Sequence record: OQ828465.1
Length of the DNA: 64,000 nt
Reading direction: 5' to 3' (one strand)
The notes below the pieces were generated by a model, which worked only from the letters and a program-made list of their open reading frames with translations, searched no databases and was not told where the DNA came from. Positions 47,061 to 56,323 of this stretch are shown in pieces. Position numbers and translations under genes: made by a program. Every line of letters starts with the position of its first letter. Position 1 is the stretch's first letter.

Positions 47061-47441
47061 ATGTGCAAACAACATCGTGTAGTATCTATGAAAGTTACAT
47101 GCACGCAAGCTCGCTATCCGATCGGTCTGCGCGATCTCGGATTTGATAATGCTGCTGATGCTCGGCAATATCTACTAGATGTCGTTGAGTACAATATGGA
47201 TCGTCTCCACCCGCAACATGCTAATACATTCCAGCTACAAAATCTACAAGACGGGTTCGTAGTATCCTACGATATCGAAAAAGATGGATCCGTTTATCTT
47301 CGGTTAACACTGGCGGCTGTAGCTTATCAATCAATCGATCTTGAGTTGGGGGTTACCGTTAAAGAAAATGAAGGGATCAGTGTTGTAATCAAAAATTGGA
47401 TCAATGGTGATTATACTGCGGGGAACAAATACTTGCAGTAA
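47061..47441 (+). CDS. hypothetical protein
   Basis: 126 aa, GAGGA RBS. Confidence 0.8.
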   Translation: MCKQHRVVSMKVTCTQARYPIGLRDLGFDNAADARQYLLDVVEYNMDRLHPQHANTFQLQNLQDGFVVSYDIEKDGSVYLRLTLAAVAYQSIDLELGVTVKENEGISVVIKNWINGDYTAGNKYLQ

Positions 47442-47449
47442 TACCATAT

Positions 47450-47570
47450 GTAAAGAATACCCAAATCGGGATCTCCCGGACTATCTCCCTTCAGCGTTCC
47501 CGTCCGCAAATGAAGGTGCCGCCGAGATCCCACCTATTGATAATGCCCTCCCTTCGGGGAGGGCTTTATT
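47450..47570 (+). ncRNA. candidate structured GC-rich ncRNA
   Basis: TAC-N14-TATGTA promoter as for tRNAs, nested stems 47468-47531, UUCG terminator 47545-47564. Confidence 0.6.
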
Positions 47571-47607
47571 TCGCTTAAGCCTATTTATTTTATTATAAGG
47601 AGTGAAA

Positions 47608-48339
47608 ATGACATATATCGTAAATGATGGTAAAGTCATGATTGCAGACTGCCTATTAATTGAGCGGAATAATGCAACTGATAGCATTGGGCGACTTCCA
47701 GTATTAGATAACGGTTATATTGATCTAACTGCTAAAGCTGAAGGTGTAGATGTATATTACAATGATTGCCACAAGATAATTTTTCATCCGACTGTTACTT
47801 GGCAAGGCAAACGTGTTAAAACTATGGCTTTTGCTGGAACTATAGATAATGTTTATGATCTATTGAATGCCCTTACCGCAGGTGTTGATTTAGCTGATTG
47901 GTTTAAAGTTGAAGTAAATATCTTGCCAGTCATAGAACGCAGGTTGTTTAATGGTAATACTTCTATGATGTTCACTATGGAGAATGGTGACATATATACA
48001 GTTATTCTTAAAGACATGGGTATCAACATCACCAAGAAAGATTGGGCTCATTTGGGTAGTGGTGTAGATGCAGTTAATAGTGTACTTGAGTTTATCCCTA
48101 ATTGTAATGATAATGGATCAACCAAACTAACTGCACTTGAAGCATTTGCTATTGCATGTGCACATACTACTACTGTAAGTCGTAAATTTGATTATTACAT
48201 CCATGCTACAGGTGAGTACAAGCAAAATCAAGAACTATCAACTAAACAACTAAAATGGATACTAGCGCGCATTCAAAAGCGGATGGATCTTACCCGCATT
48301 TTCAATGACCGCGAATATGCCAATAACATATGGGGTTGA
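47608..48339 (+). CDS. Ntn-hydrolase (HslV/proteasome beta-like) protein
   Basis: M-T start; TYIVNDGKVMIAD, MAFAG, HLGSG, ALEAFAIA. Confidence 0.55.
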   Translation: MTYIVNDGKVMIADCLLIERNNATDSIGRLPVLDNGYIDLTAKAEGVDVYYNDCHKIIFHPTVTWQGKRVKTMAFAGTIDNVYDLLNALTAGVDLADWFKVEVNILPVIERRLFNGNTSMMFTMENGDIYTVILKDMGINITKKDWAHLGSGVDAVNSVLEFIPNCNDNGSTKLTALEAFAIACAHTTTVSRKFDYYIHATGEYKQNQELSTKQLKWILARIQKRMDLTRIFNDREYANNIWG

Positions 48340-48860
48340 TTTGTATGAGTAATTCTAATATGGATATGCTATATTACACTAATGTAAATTGGGAGCAATA
48401 TTTTCATCATGTGAAACAACGTGCAGATGATACTGTTAAAGTAATGTATAAACCTGAATATGAAGATCTTATTGATGAAGCATGTAGGCCATTAATTAAA
48501 TGGTTTAATCAATTTACCAATGTTGCAACTATTTATTGCTGTTCAGGCCATGTTGATGAAGAAACTGGTGGTAGCCCTGGATACATTAGTCTTTTATTTA
48601 AAGATACCAATGCAGAGAATTCTGCAATGCGTTTATTGCGTGAAGCAATGTGTAAGGGGCGTGAGTGTAAGATCCCATTCGAAATTGAACTGGGGGCTTA
48701 TTTCGGGCATCTACATGAGACCATTGATCAGAATCACTGGGTCGCCAATCTAGTCATCCGCACCAATAGCTACAAACGTAAAAATACGTATGATCGCTAT
48801 TGGCATCGTCTTTACAATATCATAACAACATGTAATACTGAGGGTTTATACACCGTCTAA
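48330..48860 (+). CDS. TYW3-like domain protein
   Basis: LIDEACRPLIKWFN...TIYCCSGH...PGYISLLF. Confidence 0.6.
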   Translation: MGLICMSNSNMDMLYYTNVNWEQYFHHVKQRADDTVKVMYKPEYEDLIDEACRPLIKWFNQFTNVATIYCCSGHVDEETGGSPGYISLLFKDTNAENSAMRLLREAMCKGRECKIPFEIELGAYFGHLHETIDQNHWVANLVIRTNSYKRKNTYDRYWHRLYNIITTCNTEGLYTV

Positions 48861-48878
48861 AAAATCTGAGATAATTTA

Positions 48879-49028
48879 ATGAATGATATTAAAAATACAT
48901 TATTAGTTAGATTAGAGAGGAAACAAAAAGCTAAGCGTATAGATAAATTACAAAGACTAGGTTTATGGTTTATTCTATTGCTATGTGTATCTAATCTATT
49001 TGTCCAATTAATAAAAGGTATATTCTAA
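48879..49028 (+). CDS. 49 aa membrane microprotein
   Basis: read by hand; basic N-half and C-terminal LGLWFILLLCVSNLFVQLIKGIF. Confidence 0.55.
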   Translation: MNDIKNTLLVRLERKQKAKRIDKLQRLGLWFILLLCVSNLFVQLIKGIF

Positions 49029-49709
49029 ATGGCAGAAAAGCTCAGTTTTGCTGATATATTTAAGATGGCTAAAGAGGAAAATGTTAAGCTTGAATTGCAT
49101 TGTCTAATTGGTACTCGACCAGTTAGGGGTCTTATTAAAAGTTTAAACTTTAATTCAATCAGACCTGATATATGTGAATCTGTTAATTTATATGTAAATG
49201 TATTTTCTAAAGTAGTAGAGGCTAGAGTAGATCTATCAAGTACTACTGCTGATTATGGTTGCTGGAGAATGACGCCAGAAACTAAGAATTATGTAGATAG
49301 TAAATATAACTTACCAGAAAAAATTGATATCACTAATCCAGATATCGTTAGGAGTAATATTAATTATTACCTCAGTTTACCTACTAAGGAACGCACTGAG
49401 TTATTTAATAAAATAAATAATCCTAATGTCATTGAGGCAATAAACAAAGAATGGTCTAAAATGGTTGTAGAGTATTATCAATTTGAGATCGATTCGTTTA
49501 TTGGATTAATTGATTTCGATCATGTCCTTATCAGTAAGTTCATGGTATTTAACTGGATGGATGATCTGTTTGAATATGCTTTAAATATCCCATTAAAACA
49601 AACCAATACAGTAAATGAAGGCACCTGTTGCTTACTGGTTCACAAAGATAAAAAGGCAACATATACCCATTTTACTGATATTAAAAATCTTATCAAAGTA
49701 AGTGTATAA
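49029..49709 (+). CDS. hypothetical protein
   Basis: 226 aa ORF. Confidence 0.85.
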   Translation: MAEKLSFADIFKMAKEENVKLELHCLIGTRPVRGLIKSLNFNSIRPDICESVNLYVNVFSKVVEARVDLSSTTADYGCWRMTPETKNYVDSKYNLPEKIDITNPDIVRSNINYYLSLPTKERTELFNKINNPNVIEAINKEWSKMVVEYYQFEIDSFIGLIDFDHVLISKFMVFNWMDDLFEYALNIPLKQTNTVNEGTCCLLVHKDKKATYTHFTDIKNLIKVSV

Positions 49710-49718
49710 TTACGGCAT

Positions 49719-49760
49719 AAACCCCTCTCCATACGGAGAGGGGATATGTCTTTATTTTTT
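49719..49760. terminator. terminator at the convergent strand switch
   Basis: cccctctcc-atac-ggagagggg between converging genes. Confidence 0.75.
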
Positions 49761-49769
49761 TATTTAAAC

Positions 49770-50159
49770 TCACTTAGAAAAATCTTCTACTGGAATATCA
49801 TCCAGCCAATCATTAAGTAGTTTAAATTGATGAGGGTGTTGCATCTTAGTAACTTTACCATACTTAACACTAACTGCTTTACCAGTAGACACGGCAAGAT
49901 CAACTAGTTTCTTTTCATATGCATTAAACTCATCATACCACCGAGTATGAATAAGTTTTGCTAGGCGATCGTAAGCCGTCTTTCGATAATGATCTTCTTG
50001 TTCGCGACGCTGTTCGTCAAGTAGTTCTTTTTGACGTTGTTCTTGCTGACGCTTTTCTTCTTCCTTTTTCTCTTTCTCTAGTCGTTTCTTCTCAGCAAAA
50101 TATGATAGAACCGGTAGTTTGAAAAGTAGGCTTAGAAGTAGTTGAAAGAATTGTTTCAT
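49770..50159 (-). CDS. charged coiled-coil protein with amphipathic N-terminus
   Basis: ATG 50159 after GAGGA; own TAC-N14-TATGTA promoter (+1 about 50217). Confidence 0.8.
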   Translation of the reverse strand: MKQFFQLLLSLLFKLPVLSYFAEKKRLEKEKKEEEKRQQEQRQKELLDEQRREQEDHYRKTAYDRLAKLIHTRWYDEFNAYEKKLVDLAVSTGKAVSVKYGKVTKMQHPHQFKLLNDWLDDIPVEDFSK

Positions 50160-50239
50160 TAGTATTTCCTCAGTTTGATTAAATAGATAATTTACAAATG
50201 GCAATCCGCCTAGTTACATACTAGATAGCTGTAAGTATT

Positions 50240-50650
50240 TTAATCCGTTACAATGTCTGGATAACGTTCATCAATTAATGATTTTCTATATGCAAACTCA
50301 CGCACCTCTGCTTCTAATTTTTCTTTAGTTGCATCTGTAGCACCGATCACAATAATTGAATCATTATTAATTGATAACTCTACGTCATTATCTTTTCCAA
50401 ATACTAATTTAAAAACAGTATTTAATTCATCTAATTGATCTTGAACGGTTACTGTATCATCATGGATTGCCCTAGACGGTTCCTCTAATAGACCCTCTAG
50501 CACTTTATAAGACTTTATAAAAAGAGTATCATTAAAATCTTCTTTTAACCATGTTAATTCAAGTGTATATAAATCAACCACTCTATTAAGATTTGAAGTA
50601 GTTATATCTGTTTTCCATTCATAACCTAGATAGTTAGTTTCATTACTCAT
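50240..50650 (-). CDS. hypothetical protein
   Basis: 136 aa, AGGAG RBS. Confidence 0.8.
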   Translation of the reverse strand: MSNETNYLGYEWKTDITTSNLNRVVDLYTLELTWLKEDFNDTLFIKSYKVLEGLLEEPSRAIHDDTVTVQDQLDELNTVFKLVFGKDNDVELSINNDSIIVIGATDATKEKLEAEVREFAYRKSLIDERYPDIVTD

Positions 50651-50692
50651 TATAAACTCCTTTGATTAATACATATTAAATAATCTGGAGTA

Positions 50693-50869
50693 TTATTTCT
50701 TTGTAATGCGATAACCAACTGACCATAAATCTATACGGACGAAACCTTTTCCCTCATGTTGACCGTATAAACATACACGTAACATTCTATTACCTGGCTT
50801 CATATCAATTCGTGTTACCTCAAATTTATTAGTAATGTATTCTTGGATGATAAATAATAGATGACTCAT
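50693..50869 (-). CDS. 58 aa hypothetical protein
   Basis: read by hand: MSHLLFIIQEYITNKFEVTRIDMKPGNRMLRVCLYG...; AGGA RBS. Confidence 0.6.
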   Translation of the reverse strand: MSHLLFIIQEYITNKFEVTRIDMKPGNRMLRVCLYGQHEGKGFVRIDLWSVGYRITKK

Positions 50870-50998
50870 TTTATATTTTCCTGATTAATGACAAACATAA
50901 GCCCCTCCATATGGAGGGGCAATATGATTTACTGAGTCTTTCGCGTTCAATCCCATCCTAACTAATATATTTAAGAATAGTTTAAACCTCAGTAAATT

Positions 50999-51075
50999 TG
51001 GTGCCGCCACTCCGAATCGAACGGAGGACCTACGCATTACAAGTGCGTTGCTCTACCTAGCTGAGCTATAGCGGC
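50999..51075 (-). tRNA. tRNA-Thr(TGT)
   Basis: cloverleaf GCCGCTA...TGT...GTTCGA...CCA encoded. Confidence 0.95.
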
Positions 51076-51222
51076 GGAATCTTCTACATATAGTGTATAT
51101 GAAAGTATTATTTTATTTATTATAATAAATAAAGTTATATTCAAACATATTTAAACAGTATATCATTAACTTGATATTACTAAAAGTAATATTTTCTATT
51201 AATTGTAAATAGGATACTAAAT

Positions 51223-51360
51223 ATGAATATTGATCCAAAAACTCTTGGCATTATTATTAGCACCACTATTGGCACCGTAGGTGCTCTTATTCTTACGTAT
51301 GGTATTGCGAGAGCAGTACGTTGGAATAATAAACCTGATGTAAAAGATGTAGCAGAGTAA
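51223..51360 (+). CDS. 45 aa membrane microprotein in an inverted early cassette
   Basis: AGGA RBS, TM LGIIISTTIGTVGALILTYGIA; early-type promoter 51141-51166; hairpin 51373-51395. Confidence 0.7.
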   Translation: MNIDPKTLGIIISTTIGTVGALILTYGIARAVRWNNKPDVKDVAE

Positions 51361-51417
51361 GATAACATAAAGCTAGCCCATTAGGGGCTAGCTCTTATAT
51401 TTATTTTTTTATTTGTT

Positions 51418-52047
51418 TTAACTTAGAGTACTATAATAAATAAATTTAGTTAATTCATCTTGTTGCTCTTTGATTATATTATTTTTCGTTTGTTTAACAT
51501 TAATGTAATATTCAATAAATAACCAACGTCTATCATGTTTGGCTAAGTCTTTGAATTCAATTTTCTCAAATCGCCATGACTGTACAGTAGTCCTAATGAG
51601 ATTACCGGATTTATTGATAATATACCCTTGCATGGTGTTAATTTGATCATCGATAGTAGGCGTTGGTAAAAATATCAAATAAACACCATCTGTATTTTTA
51701 GTGTGCATACTTTTTAATTTATACATCATTGGGTTAAAGTATTCATCACTTTTATGATAATCGCTTAATTCTAACACAGCATCAATCATCATTTTAGCGC
51801 TTTCAGTAACACCAACATTTAGTAAATAATCATTAAGCTCTTTTAATGAATTATCTGTAAGTGATGCATCTATGTGTTCTTCACTTATAGGTTCATTATA
51901 AACTAGTTTATTAATAGTTGAATTAACAATATTTAGCCTATCGATATCATAAACTGCTAGTGTTTGTTTACCAACATTTATTTTTAAGTCTTTACCTGAT
52001 TCATTGATAAAATCATTTAAATCTACTTCAGTAAAATGAAAAGCCAT
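51418..52047 (-). CDS. hypothetical protein
   Basis: 209 aa, AAGG RBS. Confidence 0.85.
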   Translation of the reverse strand: MAFHFTEVDLNDFINESGKDLKINVGKQTLAVYDIDRLNIVNSTINKLVYNEPISEEHIDASLTDNSLKELNDYLLNVGVTESAKMMIDAVLELSDYHKSDEYFNPMMYKLKSMHTKNTDGVYLIFLPTPTIDDQINTMQGYIINKSGNLIRTTVQSWRFEKIEFKDLAKHDRRWLFIEYYINVKQTKNNIIKEQQDELTKFIYYSTLS

Positions 52048-52206
52048 TTTTATACACCTTTATGTTTTCCGTAGTGTTAAATTTTATTAACACCCGGTTT
52101 CAAGTTGAGTTATGTGTAGAACTAATCTACAAATAATATTAACTCTATGTATAATTTTACTTATAAATAGACCACTCTATATAGAGGGGTATTAAGTCAT
52201 ATAAAG

Positions 52207-52302
52207 TTATTTTAGTGTGGGTCTAAATACAAACATTACGTCTACTTCATCAGTTGGGTCGACATCATATTCTGTCCCAGTATTATCAATCGCAACCAAC
52301 AT
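52207..52302 (-). CDS. 31 aa acidic microprotein
   Basis: GAGGA 8 nt upstream; MLVAIDNTGTEYDVDPTDEVDVMFVFRPTLK; hairpin 52172-52191 follows. Confidence 0.5.
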   Translation of the reverse strand: MLVAIDNTGTEYDVDPTDEVDVMFVFRPTLK

Positions 52303-52518
52303 TCTCACATTCCTCGGTAAAGGGCTTTATGTGATTTAGATAGGCGAGTGATAAAATACCTAAATGCACTGAGATATTCTCTGATAAATCCTTTACCTTT
52401 ATTAAAATTATCACCTACATGGACCATTCAATCACTTTTATGTAGCTTGATTTCAATCAATTAAAGGGTATAACGAATGTAATGTATTTATACACGAATA
52501 TAGTTATCATAAGCTCAA

Positions 52519-52809
52519 CTACTTGGGGTAAAAGAGTGGACGGAGATCAGTCTCATGGTATTCATCTTTGATATGGGAAAAGTACTTATTGAAATTATCC
52601 ACACTATACGAAGTTCTAAGCCCATTTGGCCAAATCACTAACATGTCACCAACTTCGAATGCCGTGATCATAGCCTCAAAGTCTTTTATGTTTACATGAT
52701 CATTACCAAGTTTCACGAATCGACATGCACGGAAACCACATTCCCAGTCAGACGACATCCATTGACCAGCCTCAGTAATCAGCTTTGCACGAACTAATGT
52801 CTTAGCCAT
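52519..52809 (-). CDS. hypothetical protein
   Basis: 96 aa ORF. Confidence 0.75.
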   Translation of the reverse strand: MAKTLVRAKLITEAGQWMSSDWECGFRACRFVKLGNDHVNIKDFEAMITAFEVGDMLVIWPNGLRTSYSVDNFNKYFSHIKDEYHETDLRPLFYPK

Positions 52810-52987
52810 ACTTGGTACCCCAGTTTATCGTTTTGTCGAGAAGAGCTTGACTAGGTCGTTTATTACGAATCTGATTCTTAATAGACTCATTTAGCTCTTC
52901 CATCGTTTTCCGAACTTTAACTAATCGTTCCTTTTGTTCATTTGTAGGAACACTACTAACTATATCTTGCAATGCTTTAAGTGACAT
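52802..52987 (-). CDS. hypothetical protein
   Basis: 61 aa, AGGG RBS. Confidence 0.7.
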   Translation of the reverse strand: MSLKALQDIVSSVPTNEQKERLVKVRKTMEELNESIKNQIRNKRPSQALLDKTINWGTKYG

Positions 52988-53118
52988 GTCTTTACCCTAT
53001 TTGTATTCAGCTATAAGATTCAACTACTGGGTACTTTTACAAGACGACATAAAGGCAGCATTAGCTGCCTTTATAGTTTACATAGTAGTGAAATATAACT
53101 AAATCTAAAACTATGAAT

Positions 53119-53194
<76 letters not shown>

Positions 53195-53355
53195 AGAATT
53201 ATGGCGATTTTATATTAGAGATGAGTTACTGACAACCTAATATAGATATGTAATAACTACATATTATTACAATCTGAGTATTATTTATTTCTTGTTATGA
53301 CATTATGTAAATAACGTGTAGTTAATCTTATTAGAAACTATCAAAGTTACTAATT

Positions 53356-53868
53356 CTAACTAAAACGAACCACCATTACCTCTGTACCAAAAGTATCTGC
53401 AACCCACTGGTTAAATTCTTTATCAGTGATACCGCGTAGGTTCAGATTAAATGAGGCATTGTCAACAAGAATATATTTTACAGACGATATTAATTCTTCT
53501 TTAATATCTTTTTGAATAGATGATTCCTCAGGTTGATGAATATATTTACGGAGTTGGTGTGTAATTAAACAAGAAACAATATTATCTTTAGCATTCTGGA
53601 ACTTAGCCAGTACAGCCTGTTTAATTTTATCTTCTACAAATACAGCTAGACATTCGCCAGGATGACGATTAGCAAACTCAATCAATGCAGTTGTACTACC
53701 ACATTGCCGACCTACAAATAATCCAACAGTCCTGTATTCACGAATAACAATATGACCAATAGAATTAGATCGATAATTAACCCAGTTCTCATTCGTTTTT
53801 TGAATTAAAGCATCTAGGATATCTTGGTACTTTACAATAGTTCTTACAAACTGATTAGAGTTAGTCAT
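53356..53868 (-). CDS. degenerate P-loop NTPase-like protein
   Basis: GRQCGSTT (Walker A-like, Lys replaced by Ser), YILVDNA (Walker B-like). Confidence 0.6.
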   Translation of the reverse strand: MTNSNQFVRTIVKYQDILDALIQKTNENWVNYRSNSIGHIVIREYRTVGLFVGRQCGSTTALIEFANRHPGECLAVFVEDKIKQAVLAKFQNAKDNIVSCLITHQLRKYIHQPEESSIQKDIKEELISSVKYILVDNASFNLNLRGITDKEFNQWVADTFGTEVMVVRFS

Positions 53869-54100
53869 AATAGACTCCTTTATTACAATGTAGCATAGAT
53901 TCAGTTTTTTAACTGGAATTAAATGCCGATTTTGAAAAGGTGATAAAACCTTTTCTCATCTATAAATGAATTTATAATAGTAACAATGAATATAACCAGG
54001 GGTGGCAAACCCCTGGCATTTAGACACACTCTATAATAAGTTCTACCACCGAGTGTGTTTAGTGGATAGATTTAAGAATACTTTATTATAGTACTCTTAC
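53869..54100 (-). ncRNA. structured 230 nt leader or ncRNA
   Basis: TAC-N14-TATGTA promoter (+1 54100) and at least five hairpins. Confidence 0.45.
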
Positions 54101-54152
54101 ATAATATCATCGTGCCAGTATAATTATCTAAATAGTTATAAATATTATTATT

Positions 54153-55160
54153 TTAATCAATGATTAATGGTGCTAGTTTTACCTGATAGATACCTGATAA
54201 CAATTGGCTTTTCAACATATATGCTCCACCACCAACTGGCATTTTAGATCCACCTACAATGATCATGCTATTATCCGGACCTTTAGCTATAGATGAAATA
54301 TTAAGGAATCCGATACCTAGTTCAAATGGTTCAGCCCATTTCCGGCGCCTAATATTAAAACGTTGTGCAAACATTTTAGTTACACCGCCGACATCAACAG
54401 CGTTAAGGTAATTAAAATAGTCCCCATCTACATAACCATTACCTTGCCAGATTGTTCCTTTATCAGCAGGTATAATCATCCAAGGTGTTTGCTCCCATAT
54501 TAAGGTAGTTGCATTATATCGATAAACTTCAAGATTAGGTATGTTCTTTGTATTATCCCAACCACCAAAATGGTAAAAGTAACCATTATAAAAGAATAAC
54601 TGTTGACCTGAACGAGCACCACCTGAATAGTCTTGCCCGCTAAGCCAAGACTTACTTGATGGTTTTAATCGCATTGCGTTTACGCCAATTGGGTTAACGC
54701 ATAGAATAAGATCATTACCATCTGATGCGGAGGCTGTGCCCCAAAGTGGTACGGGACCACTATATCGCTCAACCCTATTGCCTGTAGCTATATCAAAATG
54801 TTGTATAAAGTTAGATGTTCCCGTACCACCATTACCAGCCGAGTTCCATCCAGTAATACCGCCATAAACAATAAAGTTATTCTTATGTAATGTCCCAAAT
54901 CCTAAAGATACCCCTGGTAAGAATGTTCCAGAAGCAGTTGCACCTATATCGGCAAATGGCGATATGGTAAAACGTCTGAACACAGTTGCAGCTGTTTGTC
55001 CTTCAGTATGATGACCAGATCCAACATACAGTGTATTTCCATCCACATATGACATTGTACCAGCTAACGCTACAGGTAGATCACCTAATTTAATAATTTC
55101 ATTAAATCCAACCAAGGGTAACTCTTCGCCTATATCTGGTGATAATAGTAATTCAAACAT
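54153..55160 (-). CDS. Kelch-like beta-propeller protein, probably virion-associated
   Basis: repeated LYVGSG, FIVYGG, FYHFGG, MIIVGG blades; MFELLL N-terminus. Confidence 0.75.
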   Translation of the reverse strand: MFELLLSPDIGEELPLVGFNEIIKLGDLPVALAGTMSYVDGNTLYVGSGHHTEGQTAATVFRRFTISPFADIGATASGTFLPGVSLGFGTLHKNNFIVYGGITGWNSAGNGGTGTSNFIQHFDIATGNRVERYSGPVPLWGTASASDGNDLILCVNPIGVNAMRLKPSSKSWLSGQDYSGGARSGQQLFFYNGYFYHFGGWDNTKNIPNLEVYRYNATTLIWEQTPWMIIPADKGTIWQGNGYVDGDYFNYLNAVDVGGVTKMFAQRFNIRRRKWAEPFELGIGFLNISSIAKGPDNSMIIVGGSKMPVGGGAYMLKSQLLSGIYQVKLAPLIID

Positions 55161-55244
55161 GAGTGTGCTCTCAAGTAAATCATTTTAATTCATAAGATAA
55201 CCCATGGCAACATAAAAGAGTAGCCGAAGCTACTCTTTAGAATA

Positions 55245-55320
<76 letters not shown>

Positions 55321-55326
55321 ATTAAA

Positions 55327-55403
55327 TGGCGCGCCCAAGGGGACTCGAACCCCTGACCACCCGCGTGACAGGCGGGTATTCTAACCAACTGAACTATGAG
55401 CGC
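55327..55403 (-). tRNA. tRNA-Asp(GTC)
   Basis: 77 nt cloverleaf with CCA. Confidence 0.95.
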
Positions 55404-55455
55404 AAACGTATGGACATGACTTCCTACATAGTATTACATAACCAGTAATATTTTA

Positions 55456-55803
55456 TTACGGGCGATCAGTCCAGTGCTTGAAATAGTTACCATCCTTGGG
55501 ACGATCGTACTTAGCAAGAATATTTTTAAGTTCTTCGCCGGACAACTTAATACTATCGCCTACTGGGCTATCCAGTTCAGGGCAAGGTTCAGTTTTACGT
55601 GTAATGATTAAATTATCAGTCCCATCTTTGAAGATAAAGATAAACTGCGTTTCATTAGCACTAATCTTTTTCTTAACGCAATGCTTTACTTCTGGATGTT
55701 TCTTGTGGATCGCTACAAAAGATTCAACAAGAGTTAGCTTTATAAACTCAGGGCTAATAAATGTGAAATATACAGCGCTCTGCGTTGGGGTTAGATGATC
55801 CAT
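55456..55803 (-). CDS. hypothetical protein
   Basis: 115 aa ORF. Confidence 0.8.
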   Translation of the reverse strand: MDHLTPTQSAVYFTFISPEFIKLTLVESFVAIHKKHPEVKHCVKKKISANETQFIFIFKDGTDNLIITRKTEPCPELDSPVGDSIKLSGEELKNILAKYDRPKDGNYFKHWTDRP

Positions 55804-55805
55804 AT

Positions 55806-56093
55806 TTACTCCGTATGTTTGAGATAGGCTTTAACTGCTTTAAGACCTTTATTAAAGAACATAGCTTCAACATAAGTAATGTTACTTACATCCTCGCCGA
55901 TAAGTTCCCATTTGATGCAACGTGTAACAGCGTTGATTGTAATATCTAATCCGTTTGGGAATAGGGTTACTTCATCGGTCAGGTGAATCCAATCGGGAGC
56001 CTTCGCTCCATTACGTAAACGGGGACTAAAAGTAAGATTATAAAGTGTTTGTAATGGTTGTCTCAATAGTTCTTTTTGTTCTTGATGTTCCAT
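55806..56093 (-). CDS. hypothetical protein
   Basis: ATG 56093 after AGGA. Confidence 0.75.
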   Translation of the reverse strand: MEHQEQKELLRQPLQTLYNLTFSPRLRNGAKAPDWIHLTDEVTLFPNGLDITINAVTRCIKWELIGEDVSNITYVEAMFFNKGLKAVKAYLKHTE

Positions 56094-56101
56094 GTATTTT
56101 C

Positions 56102-56323
56102 CTAGAGACATTTAAAAATATAAATAGAATGGTTATCTCTTTCGGTTATCTTTAGAGTATTCTCATTTCGAATAACTTCAAGAGACTTGTATTTATGTTC
56201 CAGAATATCCAGATGAGAAATACACTGTTCCCTATTTTCAAATAGGATATTACTTTCATTAGTCGAAATGAAACCAAATAATCCAACTTTGATAGATAAT
56301 ACCAACATTATTACTGTATTCAT
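56102..56323 (-). CDS. small exported Cys-pair protein, similar to 14062..14319
   Basis: ATG 56323 after GAGGA; hydrophobic N-terminus, LFENREQCISHL ... IFKCL. Confidence 0.7.
   Translation of the reverse strand: MNTVIMLVLSIKVGLFGFISTNESNILFENREQCISHLDILEHKYKSLEVIRNENTLKITERDNHSIYIFKCL

Noticed and set aside
47404-47687. ORFs 47404-47598+ and 47481-47687-
   Set aside because: They cross a terminator, have no RBS, and the sequence is better explained by RNA structure
52519-52809. Tad2-like nucleotide sponge
   Set aside because: Only a generic GD-hydrophobic...F..Y pattern is present; the motifs I recall for Tad2/DUF2829 are missing
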